This document shows, piece after piece, positions 52,491-64,000 of a DNA stretch of 64,000 bases; position 1 is the stretch's first letter, and every line of letters starts with the position of its first letter. The notes beneath the pieces are model-generated. The model was given only the letters and a program-made list of their open reading frames with translations, was not told where the DNA came from and did not search any database. This DNA comes from Octopus bimaculoides. Taxonomy: Eukaryota. The translations under genes and the position numbers were made by a program. The stretch is from contig NC_068991.1 in NCBI RefSeq assembly GCF_001194135.2, positions 20,841,407-20,905,406 of the forward strand. The letters run 5' to 3'.

Positions 52491-52704
52491 CTGAAATTTT
52501 ACATAATAAGAATAATAACTGAGTATGGTTATGGTTATGATTGGGTTAAATGGAATTACAAAGAGAATGTATCCTGCAGCTGCTAGAAATAGCAACCAAA
52601 TCTTACTGAAATCAATTAATTAAACAAGAAAAGGAAGGACACATTTTATAATATACACTATACATGAAAAAAAAAAAAAAAGAAGGGGATGGTCAGCATC
52701 TCTA

Positions 52705-52754
<50 letters not shown>

Positions 52755-52844
52755 ATAGTGAGAATTTACAAAAAAACAAAAACAAAGACAGGTGTGTAAA
52801 CAACAAACAGATGTATTAGTTTAACGCTCAGGAAGTGAGAAAGT

Positions 52845-52880
52845 CTTTTACGTTTCGAGCCTATGCTCTTTGACAGAAAG
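52845..52880 (-). ncRNA. Hammerhead-like motif with a non-canonical core, in a probable Penelope-type repeat fragment
   Basis: Minus strand: CTTT-CTGTCAA-A-GAGC(atag)GCTC-GAAAC-GTA-AAAG. All stems intact; core is CUGUCAA instead of CUGANGA. Confidence 0.45.
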
Positions 52881-53102
52881 GAACACAGAAATAAACAAGG
52901 AGAGAAAATAGAAAAAAGTTTAGTGGCTAGCAATCTATCATGGCAAATGCCGGACACATAAATATATAAAAGTGTGTGCATGTATATATATGTATGTATA
53001 TATAGACCATCATAATTTAACGTCCACTTTTTCATGATTGCATGGGTCAGACGGAGTTTGTTGCAGCAGATTTTCTAGATGTGCTTTTTGTGGCCAACCC
53101 TC

Positions 53103-53902
53103 GGATCTTTCTGATTTGGCGGGCGCCACTTTTTATTTATGTTTTATTTAGTGTTTTCTACTGAAACACTTTCAAACTTCGTATACTTGTATATTTTGTG
53201 TTATAGAACAGATAAAAATTTTTGTATTCGAAGTTCTTTCATGTAAAAAATTGTCGTATTTCGGTTATTTCAACCAATCACTGACGTCTATTGAGGTGAA
53301 AACAATTACTGCTATGGATTGTCAAGAAAACGTTGTGCGGTGTAATGGGATCTTTTCCCTTGAATAAAATTAGTGCTGTTGTTTGTCAACAACAACTATT
53401 GGCGGTACTGTTATTTATGACATTGTTCGTGCATTTGGGGGGTTATGAGTATTTTTGCCACATTTGGTGAAAATCTGTTCAATACACCGCCACAAACTTT
53501 TTAACCAAATTTGGCAAAAATACTCATAACCCGAACCCTAACCCTAAAACCCTAAAGCTAAAACCAGTACAAACGCACGAACAATGTCATAAATAACAGT
53601 ACCGCTGATAGTTGTTGACAAACAACAGCACTAATTTTATTCAAAGGAAAAGTTCCCATTACACCGCTAGAACATGTTGTTTACATTCCACAGCAGTAAT
53701 TGTTTTCACCTCAATAGACGTCAGTGATTGGTTGAAATTACCGAAATATGACAATTTTAACATGAAATAACTTTAAAAAGATAGAATTTTCTCAATAACA
53801 CTAAGAGCAAAAGATGTTTTATATGACACATTCTACCAGTGTCCCAAGTTTGAAAGTGTTTCGTTAAGAAAACAAGTGGCGCCTGCCAAATCAGAAAGAT
53901 CC
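53103..53902. mobile_element. 800-bp palindromic (foldback/MITE) DNA transposon with 8-bp TSD
   Basis: 29-bp outer TIR GGATCTTTCTGATTTGGCRGGCGCCACTT; arms homologous over about 370 bp. TSD CAACCCTC (53095-53102) / CAAACCTC (53903-53910). Inserted into a SINE. Confidence 0.88.
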
Positions 53903-54233
53903 CAAACCTCATGTGTTTGCAAGACAGGAGTGCACCCAAGCATACACACATATATATATGATGAGCTTCTTCCAGCATCTACTCACCAGAACCACTCACA
54001 GAACATTGGTCAACCTGGGATTACAGTAGAAGACACATGCCAAGGTAACGCATAGTGGGACTGAACTCAAGACCATACAATTAGGAAGCAAGCTTCTCAG
54101 CCATGTTTTGAAGCTCAGTTGTACAGCATGGTTCCTTGGGCTAAGAGCCATCTATGACAGCACTGCGTTGACCAAAGTTTTGCGAATGAATATAGCAGAA
54201 ACTAAAAAGAAGCCTGTCATATGTATGTTGACG

Positions 54234-54266
<33 letters not shown>

Positions 54267-54478
54267 ATGTGAGAGCATTGTCTCTTTGTCTTGCCATTGG
54301 GTGCAAGTCACAAAAGTGGTGTGTTTGAAATTTTCCACAAGAACATATCTGGACTAGAAAAATTATCAACTTGTTTGGAAATGAGTGAGAACTGACAGTA
54401 GAAAGCACACCTACTCATAGAAAATCTGCATCAGTGGCAGTTCATTTAAACCATGCAAGTATGGAAAAGTTGATTATG

Positions 54479-54513
<35 letters not shown>

Positions 54514-56019
54514 ATATATATGCGCACTCATCCTGTGCAATCTTTTGTACCACTCACATTCATGTCCCGAAACACTGAGGGTAAGCCCATGCATATTTTC
54601 GCCACCATCTTCTCTCTCCCAACTGGGGCAACCATGTATCTCTTCTACAGCAAGACATCTATTTCTGTCCTTCTATTGTAGCTAAACCATTCATCATGTG
54701 GCACAAAGCCACTTCCCTCAATATCACTCCCCACTTTCAGTTGAGGTGGGTGTTTGTCTTACAAATTACTTGATGACTGTGCTAGTGTTGGTGCCACTTA
54801 AAAAGCACCCAGTAAACTTTGTAAAGTGGTTGGCATTAGGAAGGGCATTTAGCCATAGAAACCATGCCAAAGCAGGGAGCAGAGCTTGACATAGTCCTCT
54901 GGCTTGCCAGCTCCTATCAAACCATCTAGCCCATGCCAGCATGGAAAATGGACTTAATGTGATGATACATATATATATATATGAAAAAGGTAGGAAATTA
55001 TATTTTCACATAAAACTGTGTCACGTATAGAGCATTTAGTCCACACTGTAGTGGTCGGCATTTGGAAGGGCATCCAGCAGTAAAAATCATGCCACAACTG
55101 ACCTCGCTTGCGCTGGTGCCACGAAAAAAACATTCAGTCCACTCTGCAGGGTGGCTGGTGTTAGGAAGAGCATTTAGCAGTAAAAACAGTGCCAAAACAG
55201 ACAGAAATCTGCTGCAGTCTCTGCTTGGCCTACTCCTGTCAAACCGTCCAACCCGTGCCAGCATGAAAGGCGGGCGTTAAACGATAATGATGTACACACA
55301 CACACACATACATATTCATAAATAAACAACATAGGTATATGTGCATTATATGAATGTAGGCGCATTATATATACACAAATATTCAGACAAACGCGCTTAA
55401 CAAAAAGGGGGGAGCACCCCGATTTTAGAAGTCTCTTTAAGCTGGCATAGTTACGCGCCCTTGCTATCACACAACTTACGTGTGTATGTGTGTAAACAGA
55501 GCTCCTTTCTATCTAAAAATAGTGAGACAGTTTTTTTTTTTTAAATATCATTTCATCGTTTAAAGTTTATTTGAGGTATATTTTTATACATATTTTTAAT
55601 TGTACGCCATCGAATACATTCTGAGTTCACTTAATCACTACGAAAACGAAAACAGTTTGATTACACATCGTTTGTTGACGTGGTCATGACTCGATGTTTT
55701 GTTGGCTAGCAGTCTATGACACTAAGTCGCATACTGGGAAAGAGAGAAGGTTCTACACACACATATATACGCATAAACACACGTACATATATATATATAT
55801 ATATATATATCAGAGAAAGGTGAATAAACGGACGCACAGATTAAATGGCAGTTCTTCGAAGTCCCATACATAATGGGAAAGGAAAGCTAAAAAGAAATAA
55901 AAGTAGGAAAAAAAAAACACTTCTAATTTTCATGAAGTGTGGGACTTCGAAAGAGTTATTTCCAACAACTGGTAATTAAGTAAACAGTGAAAGACAGAGA
56001 GATGTGGAGAGTTAGATAG

Positions 56020-56105
56020 ATAAATATACAGTTCTATATTTAAGAGATGAGGAATTATTTACATTATTTACATTAATATCCGTCAAATGTAAATAATGTA
56101 AATAA
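56020..56105. mobile_element. Short Penelope terminal-repeat fragment with an inversion junction
   Basis: gttctatatttaagagatgaggaattatttacattatttacatt is the reverse complement of about 42065-42117. It is followed directly by forward aatatccgtcaaatgtaaataatgta. Confidence 0.65.
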
Positions 56106-57030
56106 GATAAATATACATATACACGTTATTCGGGAGTTTTTTAGGGTTTTTTTGTTACGTAAAATTAAGTATAGTTATATACAGTTAAACATTTACTGAC
56201 GAAGCATAATACATATAGAAAGAGTAATATGAAGCTAGCAGAGCTAAATTTCAAAGTCAGTGCCAAAGTTTTCCTTGCGTTTTAGCAAAGAAAAACTCAG
56301 ATAAAACAGAGTTCGATAAACAAACGAAGAATAATGAGTTTAAGTGAATAGGAAGAGAGTGAAGTATATAGACATACAGACTAAAATTGAGAGGGAGGGA
56401 GAGAGCGAAAGAGACACAGTGAGGGATAGAGGTGGTGGTGGGTTATATAGATAGTCCATATTGATGTAAATCAGCGCCTAAATGTTTTTTTTTACACGTC
56501 AACGAGATATGTAAGTCATTGTAGACAGTGGACAACAGCAGTGAAACCTAAACAAACTCAGATTGTATCACACACACACACACACACACACGAGGTGTGT
56601 TTTGAATAGATATGTGTGTGTGTGTGTGTGTGTTACGAACACGATTACCTGTGCATCCGAAAAGAAAAGAAAAGAAGGCCTAAACTATATAAAGAGTCAG
56701 AAATACAAAGACAGCACAGGCTTTTATCCAAGAGATATCGCCGGACAGCTTATACTGGACCCATGCTAAACCCTGGAGGTTAACGCCCCTCTTTGTTTTT
56801 TATAGATTATATATAAACACACACACACACAAAAGGTACTTAACTCTGACCGAGCAGACCTGTAATCAAAAACATTCCATCCTTATTTATTGCTATCTAG
56901 GGCTAAAGTAATGATGAGGGAGAATTCAGCAGCTATTTCTAGTATGTAGGGTGACCAGACAGAAGCTCCCTTCGTCTCACCTGGATGGGCTTGAACGTGA
57001 ACGTACACACACACATATATGTATGTACGA

Positions 57031-57072
<42 letters not shown>

Positions 57073-57353
57073 CGAGTTTAAATATGTGACTTATCAAGGT
57101 GTATGGAAGCCAGGTGAAGTGGTGATAAGAGATATATTGGCACTCCTTACAGTTACCTATATTGCCATTAACGGTAAAAAGGAAGTAAAAAAAAGTACTT
57201 CTAACTTTTGACCGAAGAAGACGCAGCTGACATACGAAACACATAAGACGATGATGTGTGTGATTCGAGGGGGATTTTGCTGTTATNNNNNNNNNNNNNN
57301 NNNNNNNNNNNNNGATGACGAATTACCTAAGATATATATATAGAAATATATAT

Positions 57354-57407
<54 letters not shown>

Positions 57408-57936
57408 GGTGATAATGTTGATGTCTAGCCCACGACTAAGGCCTTTGATCAAAAGCGTTCCAGCAATGACCATCCATCTCTTTTTTTTTTTTCAGGTGCT
57501 ATATACTTAACACCGCAACCAATGTAGACATGTGAGGGTGTGTGTGTGTACATACATACATACATATTTGAATAACAGTAGTAATACTGATGTCTATAGC
57601 CCATGAGCGTTCCAACTTCGACCAACCTGTCTAGTTTTTCTGGGACTACATACGTAACATTCAACAACAACCAATATAGATAATGATGATGATGATACAT
57701 ACATATACATATATATATATAAGGAGGGAGGGTATGTTGTTATTAATTGTTGGTGAGGAAAAAAAAAACATTGTGAAAATGCCGGTTCTGTGAAGAAATA
57801 CAAGTGATAACAGATATAAACAAAATAGAGGATAAAGTATGACTGTTATATTTGTATGATAAACATACATATATACACACATATATGTGGAAGGGAGAGC
57901 AACGGAGGGTGGGATATGTGTATTTCGTGTACGTAC

Positions 57937-58030
57937 CACTAACTTCCTCTGTACCCTCTGTCAATATATCTTTCGTAAAGTTGGACAACTGACCAGTAAT
58001 TGTAGAGATACTTCCACCAAGCCACGACAT
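57937..58030 (-). CDS. TRIP11: TRIP11/GMAP-210 golgin, coding exon 1 (MSWLGGSISTITGQLSNFTKDILTEGTEEVS)
   Basis: Translation closely matches the GMAP-210 N-terminus as recalled (human ...[26 protein letters not shown]). ATG at 58030; phase-1 donor G|GTACGT at 57936. Confidence 0.92.
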
Positions 58031-58360
58031 GGTCGTATCACTGTGTAGGTATGTGTGTGTATGTGTCTGTGTTGTTGTTAATATTAATTGTTATTGATGT
58101 TGTTGTTGTTGTCGTTGTTATTAATGTTTGTTGTTATAATATTTGTTCTCCTGTTGTTGTTGTTTGCTGTCTTTCGTTTGTTTGTGTGTATTTCTTTTTT
58201 TTTCTTTTTGTTTAATTTCGAAAATATAATTCCCCCAATGCGTTTACTTTCGGTGATAAATATAAACATGCCGATAGACAACGGAGACAACGACCGGACA
58301 ACACAGCTCCTGGACACACTGCTGATGTAACAGTTTTCCAACTCAAATTTGCCAACACGA

Positions 58361-58409
58361 CGGCAGCCATCTTGGGACTCCACTCACGTCATCCTGTGCG
58401 CATGCGCAC
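58361..58409 (-). promoter_or_regulatory. Putative TRIP11 core promoter: NRF1 palindrome, CRE/UPRE-like site, YY1-like motif
   Basis: Perfect palindrome GTGCGCATGCGCAC at 58396-58409. On the minus strand, TGACGTGA at 58391-58384 and AAGATGGCTGCCG at 58373-58361. About 340-380 nt upstream of the ATG. Motif match only. Confidence 0.55.
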
Positions 58410-60088
58410 TAATGTCGTCTGCTTAGGAAAAAAAAAGAGACAGAGTTATCTTCTTTTAGTTTTCTCTTTACCATTTATTCCTATAACTTTCTGTCATTCT
58501 CTTGCTCTTTGTTATTATTATTTTCGCTTGTTTTCTCTACTAATTTTTTCTAGGCTTTCTCTCGAATAGTTCATTCGTTCATTCATTCATTGTTTTTGTC
58601 TTTCAAACGGACTCACACGTTCACTTTTCAACGCTTTCACACACACACATACATACCTACACTCTCCTGTCACATATGAAACAACGCACGCAATGTAACA
58701 TCTCTCTCTCTCTCTCTCTTTCCACTTTTATCTCTCTCCAACTCTCGCATTATCTTTCTCTGAATCTCTCAGTCTCACTCATTAACTTTTACACTCGTAT
58801 TACTCTTTCTCTCACTCCCTCCCTCCCACTTTGGCTAACTTTTGCACACTTACTTCTCTCTCTCTTACTAACCATTCCGCATTTACCTCTTTCTCTTTTT
58901 TCCTCAGACTTCTTTTCTTTTCTGTCTCTTTCTCTCTCCATCTCTTTTGTTTTCTTGTTCTTTCAATCTATATCACTCTTGCTTTGCTTCTCTCTAACTC
59001 AATCTCTCTGTCACAATCTCTCTCTTTCTTTTCCTCTTCCCTCTCTTTCTCTCTCTGCGTTTCCCTTGAATAATCCACTTATTGAATGGGGAGGATGCGC
59101 AAAATCGAGAAACAACTGATGCGATCATACTCCAGTGTAAATTACGGAATAAAGTGATCTTATAGAGAAAATTAGCATTTGAGGAATCGTCACCAATGTT
59201 CAAGGGGGAAAATTGTTGACATGGACAAGTGATGCGTATGAAAGACTTCTGTAAGATGAAGAAACAAACAACCGAAATAGTAGTCTGCAAAATAGCTGAT
59301 CTCGGGTTGGTAAACTTCACGAAGATGATGGCAATGGAGTGCAACATACAAGCATATATGGGTACAGGACATCATAAAAAAAACGTTAAACACAATGAGA
59401 AACGAAAACATAAAGACGAAGAGAGAAAACGAACTTTTTTTGAACAACGAAAAAAAATAATAAACAGAGCAACGAGACATGCAACATAAAGAATATTACC
59501 CTTCTTCAGTTGTCCCTGCTCCATCTACTCCGCGTTTCGAAGGCAAGAACAATACGCGACTTCGTTGGAGCAATCTTCCTACATTACCACTGCAATAATA
59601 GTTCCTATATTTCTGTACCAACAACTCACATATATCTCATCCATTGAAGCCTCCTCATATACTCCTCTTATTTTTTTAATCACCACCTCCGTTGCATCTT
59701 AGAATTCTTCCACTCACACAGATCTCTGATTCAATCTCTTTTCCAGTCATTCGATCATATTTCTCTTCTTCAGATATCGATCGAAAGATGGTCAAACTGG
59801 ACATTGATTTCTCCAGTCTGGTGGAATCCGAAAAATCAAGAGTACTGGTCATTCCCAATCTGACTAACAGATAAACAAAACAAACCTTTTTCATGTACTC
59901 ACAACACATTCGCCCTTTCTTTCTCCCACCCACTTTCTCTGTGTCTACTTCTATCTCTTTCTTTCCCTCCCTCCCTCTCTCTTTTACGTTTCCGTCCAAG
60001 AAAATTTTCATCTCATGGGAAATGGAGTGACCAGTTAAACAAGATTTGTTTTTGTCACACTCACTCATAGGTTGACACACGCACACGC

Positions 60089-60122
<34 letters not shown>

Positions 60123-60724
60123 GCACCACATGCATACACTCACCTTTATATTTTCATGCATACATGTATACTTATTACCTGTATGCGTATGTGTGTGCGC
60201 ACACACACGCATACGTACACACACACACACACACAGCCAATACCGCTTACTCGAATAATCTGGTTAATTGCATAGCTTTCAAAAAAATACTTTTAGTATC
60301 AAATCAATAATTGGAAGATATTTTTCCTTCGATTCTGATTAAAGAAAGTGGTAAACCATGTCATTAAACCGGACATTTTATATGCATAAATTAAAATTGG
60401 ACTCCTATGTTTTATTTCCCCAATAAATACTACAGAGTATTCAGAGTGTTGCGTGCGCATAAAATATATATTGTTTAGTATGTTGTTTAGTTAATGATGA
60501 GCCATCAAAAGTTTATATATGATTTGGAGCTATCTACAACGGTGTTAGCTTAATTTATGACTATTTTATGACTACATGGTCAATGATTATTCAGTGTTAT
60601 TGATTGTTGAGGGCGCATAACCTAGAAGCAAGGGTGTTGCATTCACGATCGTGGAATCCTGGGTACGATTCCCGGACCGGGCGGTGCGTTGCGCAAAACA
60701 ATTCATGGGCTAGAGTAGCAAAGA

Positions 60725-60769
60725 GTGGGATATGTGTATTTTGTGTACGTACCACTAACTTTTTCTGTA
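60725..60769 (-). pseudogene. Degenerate duplicate of the TRIP11 exon-1 3' end and splice donor
   Basis: 42 of 45 nt identical to 57909-57953, same orientation. Retains GTT AGT G|GTACGT but has an in-frame TGA eight codons upstream of the donor. Confidence 0.75.
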
Positions 60770-61499
60770 TTCTGCGATCACTTTGACATCTGACGTATAG
60801 GTAACGTCGATTTGATGGATGGAGTGAGTTAATGTACAGTAAGGATATTTGATCACTATAATCACATCATTTGTGTTGGTTGTTCAGTAATATATTACAG
60901 AAGCGCCTTTCTCGGACCCAAGAGACTACCATACATTTCTATTAGCTGTTGATTGAGTAAGGAAGATGGATACATCTTCTCTGAGGAGCGGTCATCAAAG
61001 CGTGAAACGGTCTGTCAAGAGACTCCCACACGTTAATTTTTCTGCACATCGAAAAGCTGGGAGGAATGTGTTTACATTATTCTTCACACACAACTAGGTA
61101 TCATAATTACACCCCTTCCCCCACACATGTATTTATGTGTGGATGGATGGAAGGATGGATGGGTGTTTCGTAGAACAAAGAGGGAAACTAGTATCAAATA
61201 CATAAACATGTACATGTATGCGCGTATGTTTATGTATGCGTGTGTATGTATGTTTGTATGCATGTATTTATGTATGTATGTATGTATATATGTCATTCAG
61301 CTTTATTTCATGATTTCTTGCCAATAGAGAAAGAGCCGGTTTCTAACCTAGATCCAAGGCTCTTTCATTGGAATTTCAACATCAACAACAGGGTATGTAT
61401 GTATGTATGTATGTATGCATGTATATGAACAGATTTCTATGTTTTGTTTAATGTATATCTCATGCATATACTTGTATATCTAGATATGCTCATATATAC

Positions 61500-61870
61500 A
61501 TAAATGATAAACCTCTCGAAAGTTTTACAGATTTTTACAGTTCCAGTGATGGATTGGGTCTATAGTCTTCAAATCAACTTTCTCCTTTCGGGTTTTGAGA
61601 ACCCTAATTTATCAAATTTGGTATTTAGGCAGTATTACATATCCCAGGATACCAACAATTACAGGCTCAAACCTGAACTTGTAATCTGGATAGAGTAACT
61701 GCAGATTTCTCAACAGTTCAGCGTAGGTATACTCTTTTTCACAGATCTTCAGCTTTATGTTAACATCCGCTGAGCAGCTAATTTCCACAACTGTACGCAG
61801 TTTCTCTTCTCTATCCCAAATCATTATATCGGGTCTGTTGTGCGTACATTTTATTGAGGTTTTATGTACG
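61500..61870 (-). mobile_element. RLE-LINE endonuclease fragment
   Basis: NRPDIMIWDREEKLRTVVEISC (PD..D/E motif), KEYTYAEL, PVIVGILG. Confidence 0.8.
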
Positions 61871-63776
61871 TATGTATGTATGTACATCAACGAAAAAATC
61901 CACTGAAATCCGTGAATGTAGCAGGATTATTTTCCCGAGCGTCAAACTAATATACTTTCTCGTTGTTCATACACTTGTCTTCGTCATTTGTTTTTCTAGA
62001 AATTTCAACAATGTATGTATGAATGTATGTATGTATACAAGTGAAGGAGTATGGTTTAGTGGTTAGTGTATTCGGATCACGATTGTAAGGTCGTGAGTTC
62101 AATACCCGGCAACCCATTGTGTTCTTGAGCAAGACACTTTATTTCACGTTGTTCCACAACGAGTTGTGCCTGTATTTCAAAGGGCTAGCCTAGTCACCTT
62201 TTGTGTCACGCTGAATCCCTATGAGAATTATGTTAAGTATACACGTGTCTATAGAGTGCTCAGCCACTTGCACCCTAATTTCAAGAGCAGGCCGTTCCGT
62301 TGANNNNNNNNNNNNNNNNNNNNNNNNNNNNNNNNNNNNNNNNNNNNNNNNNNNNNNNNNNNNNNNNNNNNNNNNNNNNNNNNNNNNNNNNNNNNNNNNN
62401 NNNNNNNNNNNNNNNNNNNNNNNNNNNNNNNNNNNNNNNNNNNNNNNNNNNNNNNNNNNNNNNNNNNNNNNNNNNNNNNNNNNNNNNNNNNNNNNNNNNN
62501 NNNNNNNNNNNNNNNNNNNNNNNNNNNNNNNNNNNNNNNNNNNNNNNNNNNNNNNNNNNNNNNNNNNNNNNNNNNNNNNNNNNNNNNNNNNNNNNNNNNN
62601 NNNNNNNNNNNNNNNNNNNNNNNNNNNNNNNNNNNNNNNNNNNNNNNNNNAGTGGTGGTGGTGGTGATGGTGGTAGTAGTAGTGGTGGTGGTGATGGTGG
62701 TGGTAGTAGTACTGGTGGTGGTGGTGGTGGTGGTGGTAGTAGTAGAAGTAGTAGTAGTAGTAGTGATGGTGATGGTGGTGGTGGTGATGGTGGTGGTGGT
62801 AGTAGTAGTGGTGGTTGTAGTAATAGTAGTAGTAGTAGTAGTGGTGGTGGTGATGGTAGTGGTAGTAGTAGTAGTAGTAGTAGTAGCGGCGGCGGCGGGG
62901 GCAGCAGCAATAGTAGTAGTAGTAGTTCTTCTTCTTCTTCTTCTTCTTCTTCTTCTTCTTCTTCTTCTTCAGATCAGCTGTCCAACATTGTATATCATAG
63001 CAATTCGAACAGGTGAAAGAAAGCTGTTTATTTGTTTTTGGAAAAAGAAAAAAAAGAGAAAAAGAAAAAGAAAAAGAAAGAGAATCACGATAAAAGAAGG
63101 GAAAGAAAAGAAGAGAAAAGAAAAAGTAATGATGACGGTAGCAATAATAATAATAATAATAATCCTTTCTACTATAGGCATTGTAGTAGAAGTGAACCAG
63201 TGGGTTAAATCGACACCAATGCTCAACTGATAATCATTTCATCGATCCCCAAGGATGAAAGTCAATGTCGACTTTGGCCTAATTTGAACTCAGAACGTAA
63301 AGATTAAAGAAATGCCGCTAAGCATTTTTTTTCCGGTGTGCTAACAATTCTGTCTGTTCACTGCCTTAATAACAACAACGACGACGAACTTGATGATGAT
63401 GATGATGATGATGCCCTGCTGCAGTACTACGTAGTGGCTCTCATGGTTTCTGATCTTAACTGATTGGAAGTGTTATCATGTACATTGTTTTGTCTTGGTA
63501 TAAAAGATGGGCTACAACAAATATTCTGCCCAATACCACAGATTTGCTTGTCAGTTGTTTGAACATAACCAGTTGAGCATGTCCCTTGGTGGCTGACGAT
63601 ATGTGCATCTCTGATCACGAGCAGAAGTAGCGGGAGAACATCATAACTATGTGTTGAAAGGAATTTTGTGGGGTTTGGATAATTCACCATTGGAAACATG
63701 GGTGTTTCGTTCAACAACCTTAAACAACCCTTATTCAGGGATCTTTTGAGCGAGATGGGCTACTCGACCTGAAGTT

Positions 63777-64000
63777 ATAGTCGCTCAGAAACAAGCCTTT
63801 AGAGCAAACCTGATAAAGGCAAAGATCAACAAAACCCAGTCAGATAGCAAATGTAAAATCTGCAGGAAAGGACACTAAAATATCAATCACCTTTTAAGTG
63901 AGTGATGTATACTAGCACAAAGAGAATGCAAGCGCAGACATGACTGTGTATGCAAAAGAGTGCATTGGGATGTTAGCCGAGTGTATGGCTTTAGAACAAC
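63777..64000 (+). mobile_element. RLE-LINE (R4/Dong-like) zinc-knuckle region fragment, running off the window
   Basis: IVAQKQAFRANLIKAKINKTQSDSKCKICRKGH*NINHLLSE*CILAQRECKRRHDCVCKRVHW. Confidence 0.8.

Noticed and set aside
56185-56230. CTGACGA...GAAA hammerhead-like string
   Set aside because: No convincing stem I or stem II pairing.
59500-59880. Possible decayed LINE coding sequence on the minus strand
   Set aside because: Only vague motif resemblance across frames with many stops. Needs a profile search.
1115-63230. Numerous long ORFs in the supplied track (poly-HT/YI/CV/X and poly-V/G/S/I)
   Set aside because: They are produced by (CA)n, (TA)n, (AAT)n and (GGT)n microsatellites and by N-gaps, which contain no stops. 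No coding signal.

Overview
Eukaryotic genomic DNA from a gapped draft assembly, AT-rich and very dense in microsatellites. The repeat landscape suggests an octopod cephalopod such as Octopus bimaculoides (inference). The only host gene found is the 5' part of a TRIP11/GMAP-210 golgin orthologue on the minus strand. Five coding exons (57937-58030, 52414-52490, 42707-42817, 32081-32213, 3177-3304) join in compatible phases to give about 181 aa, and the gene continues beyond the left edge. A housekeeping-type promoter (NRF1 palindrome, YY1-like and CRE/UPRE-like motifs) lies near 58.36-58.41 kb. The introns are filled with mobile DNA: several tRNA-derived SINE families, RTE, R4/Dong-type and Penelope-like retroelement fragments, Tc1/mariner relics, MITE/foldback elements and a probable Gypsy LTR plus PBS. 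Main observations: (1) a Penelope locus in intron 3 whose terminal repeat joins a tRNA-like Pol III head to a minimal type I hammerhead ribozyme, with four hammerhead copies in tandem and inverted arrangement; (2) further unrelated minimal hammerhead motifs at about 47.3 and 52.9 kb; (3) a nested Penelope/RTE insertion with an 11-bp TSD, the RTE lacking its RT domain; (4) inverted SINEs closely flanking exons 3-4, a possible circRNA/ADAR architecture; (5) a degenerate duplicate of the exon-1 donor junction upstream of the gene. Most ORFs in the supplied track are artefacts of microsatellites or N-gaps. Repeat boundaries are approximate unless a TSD or TIR is quoted.
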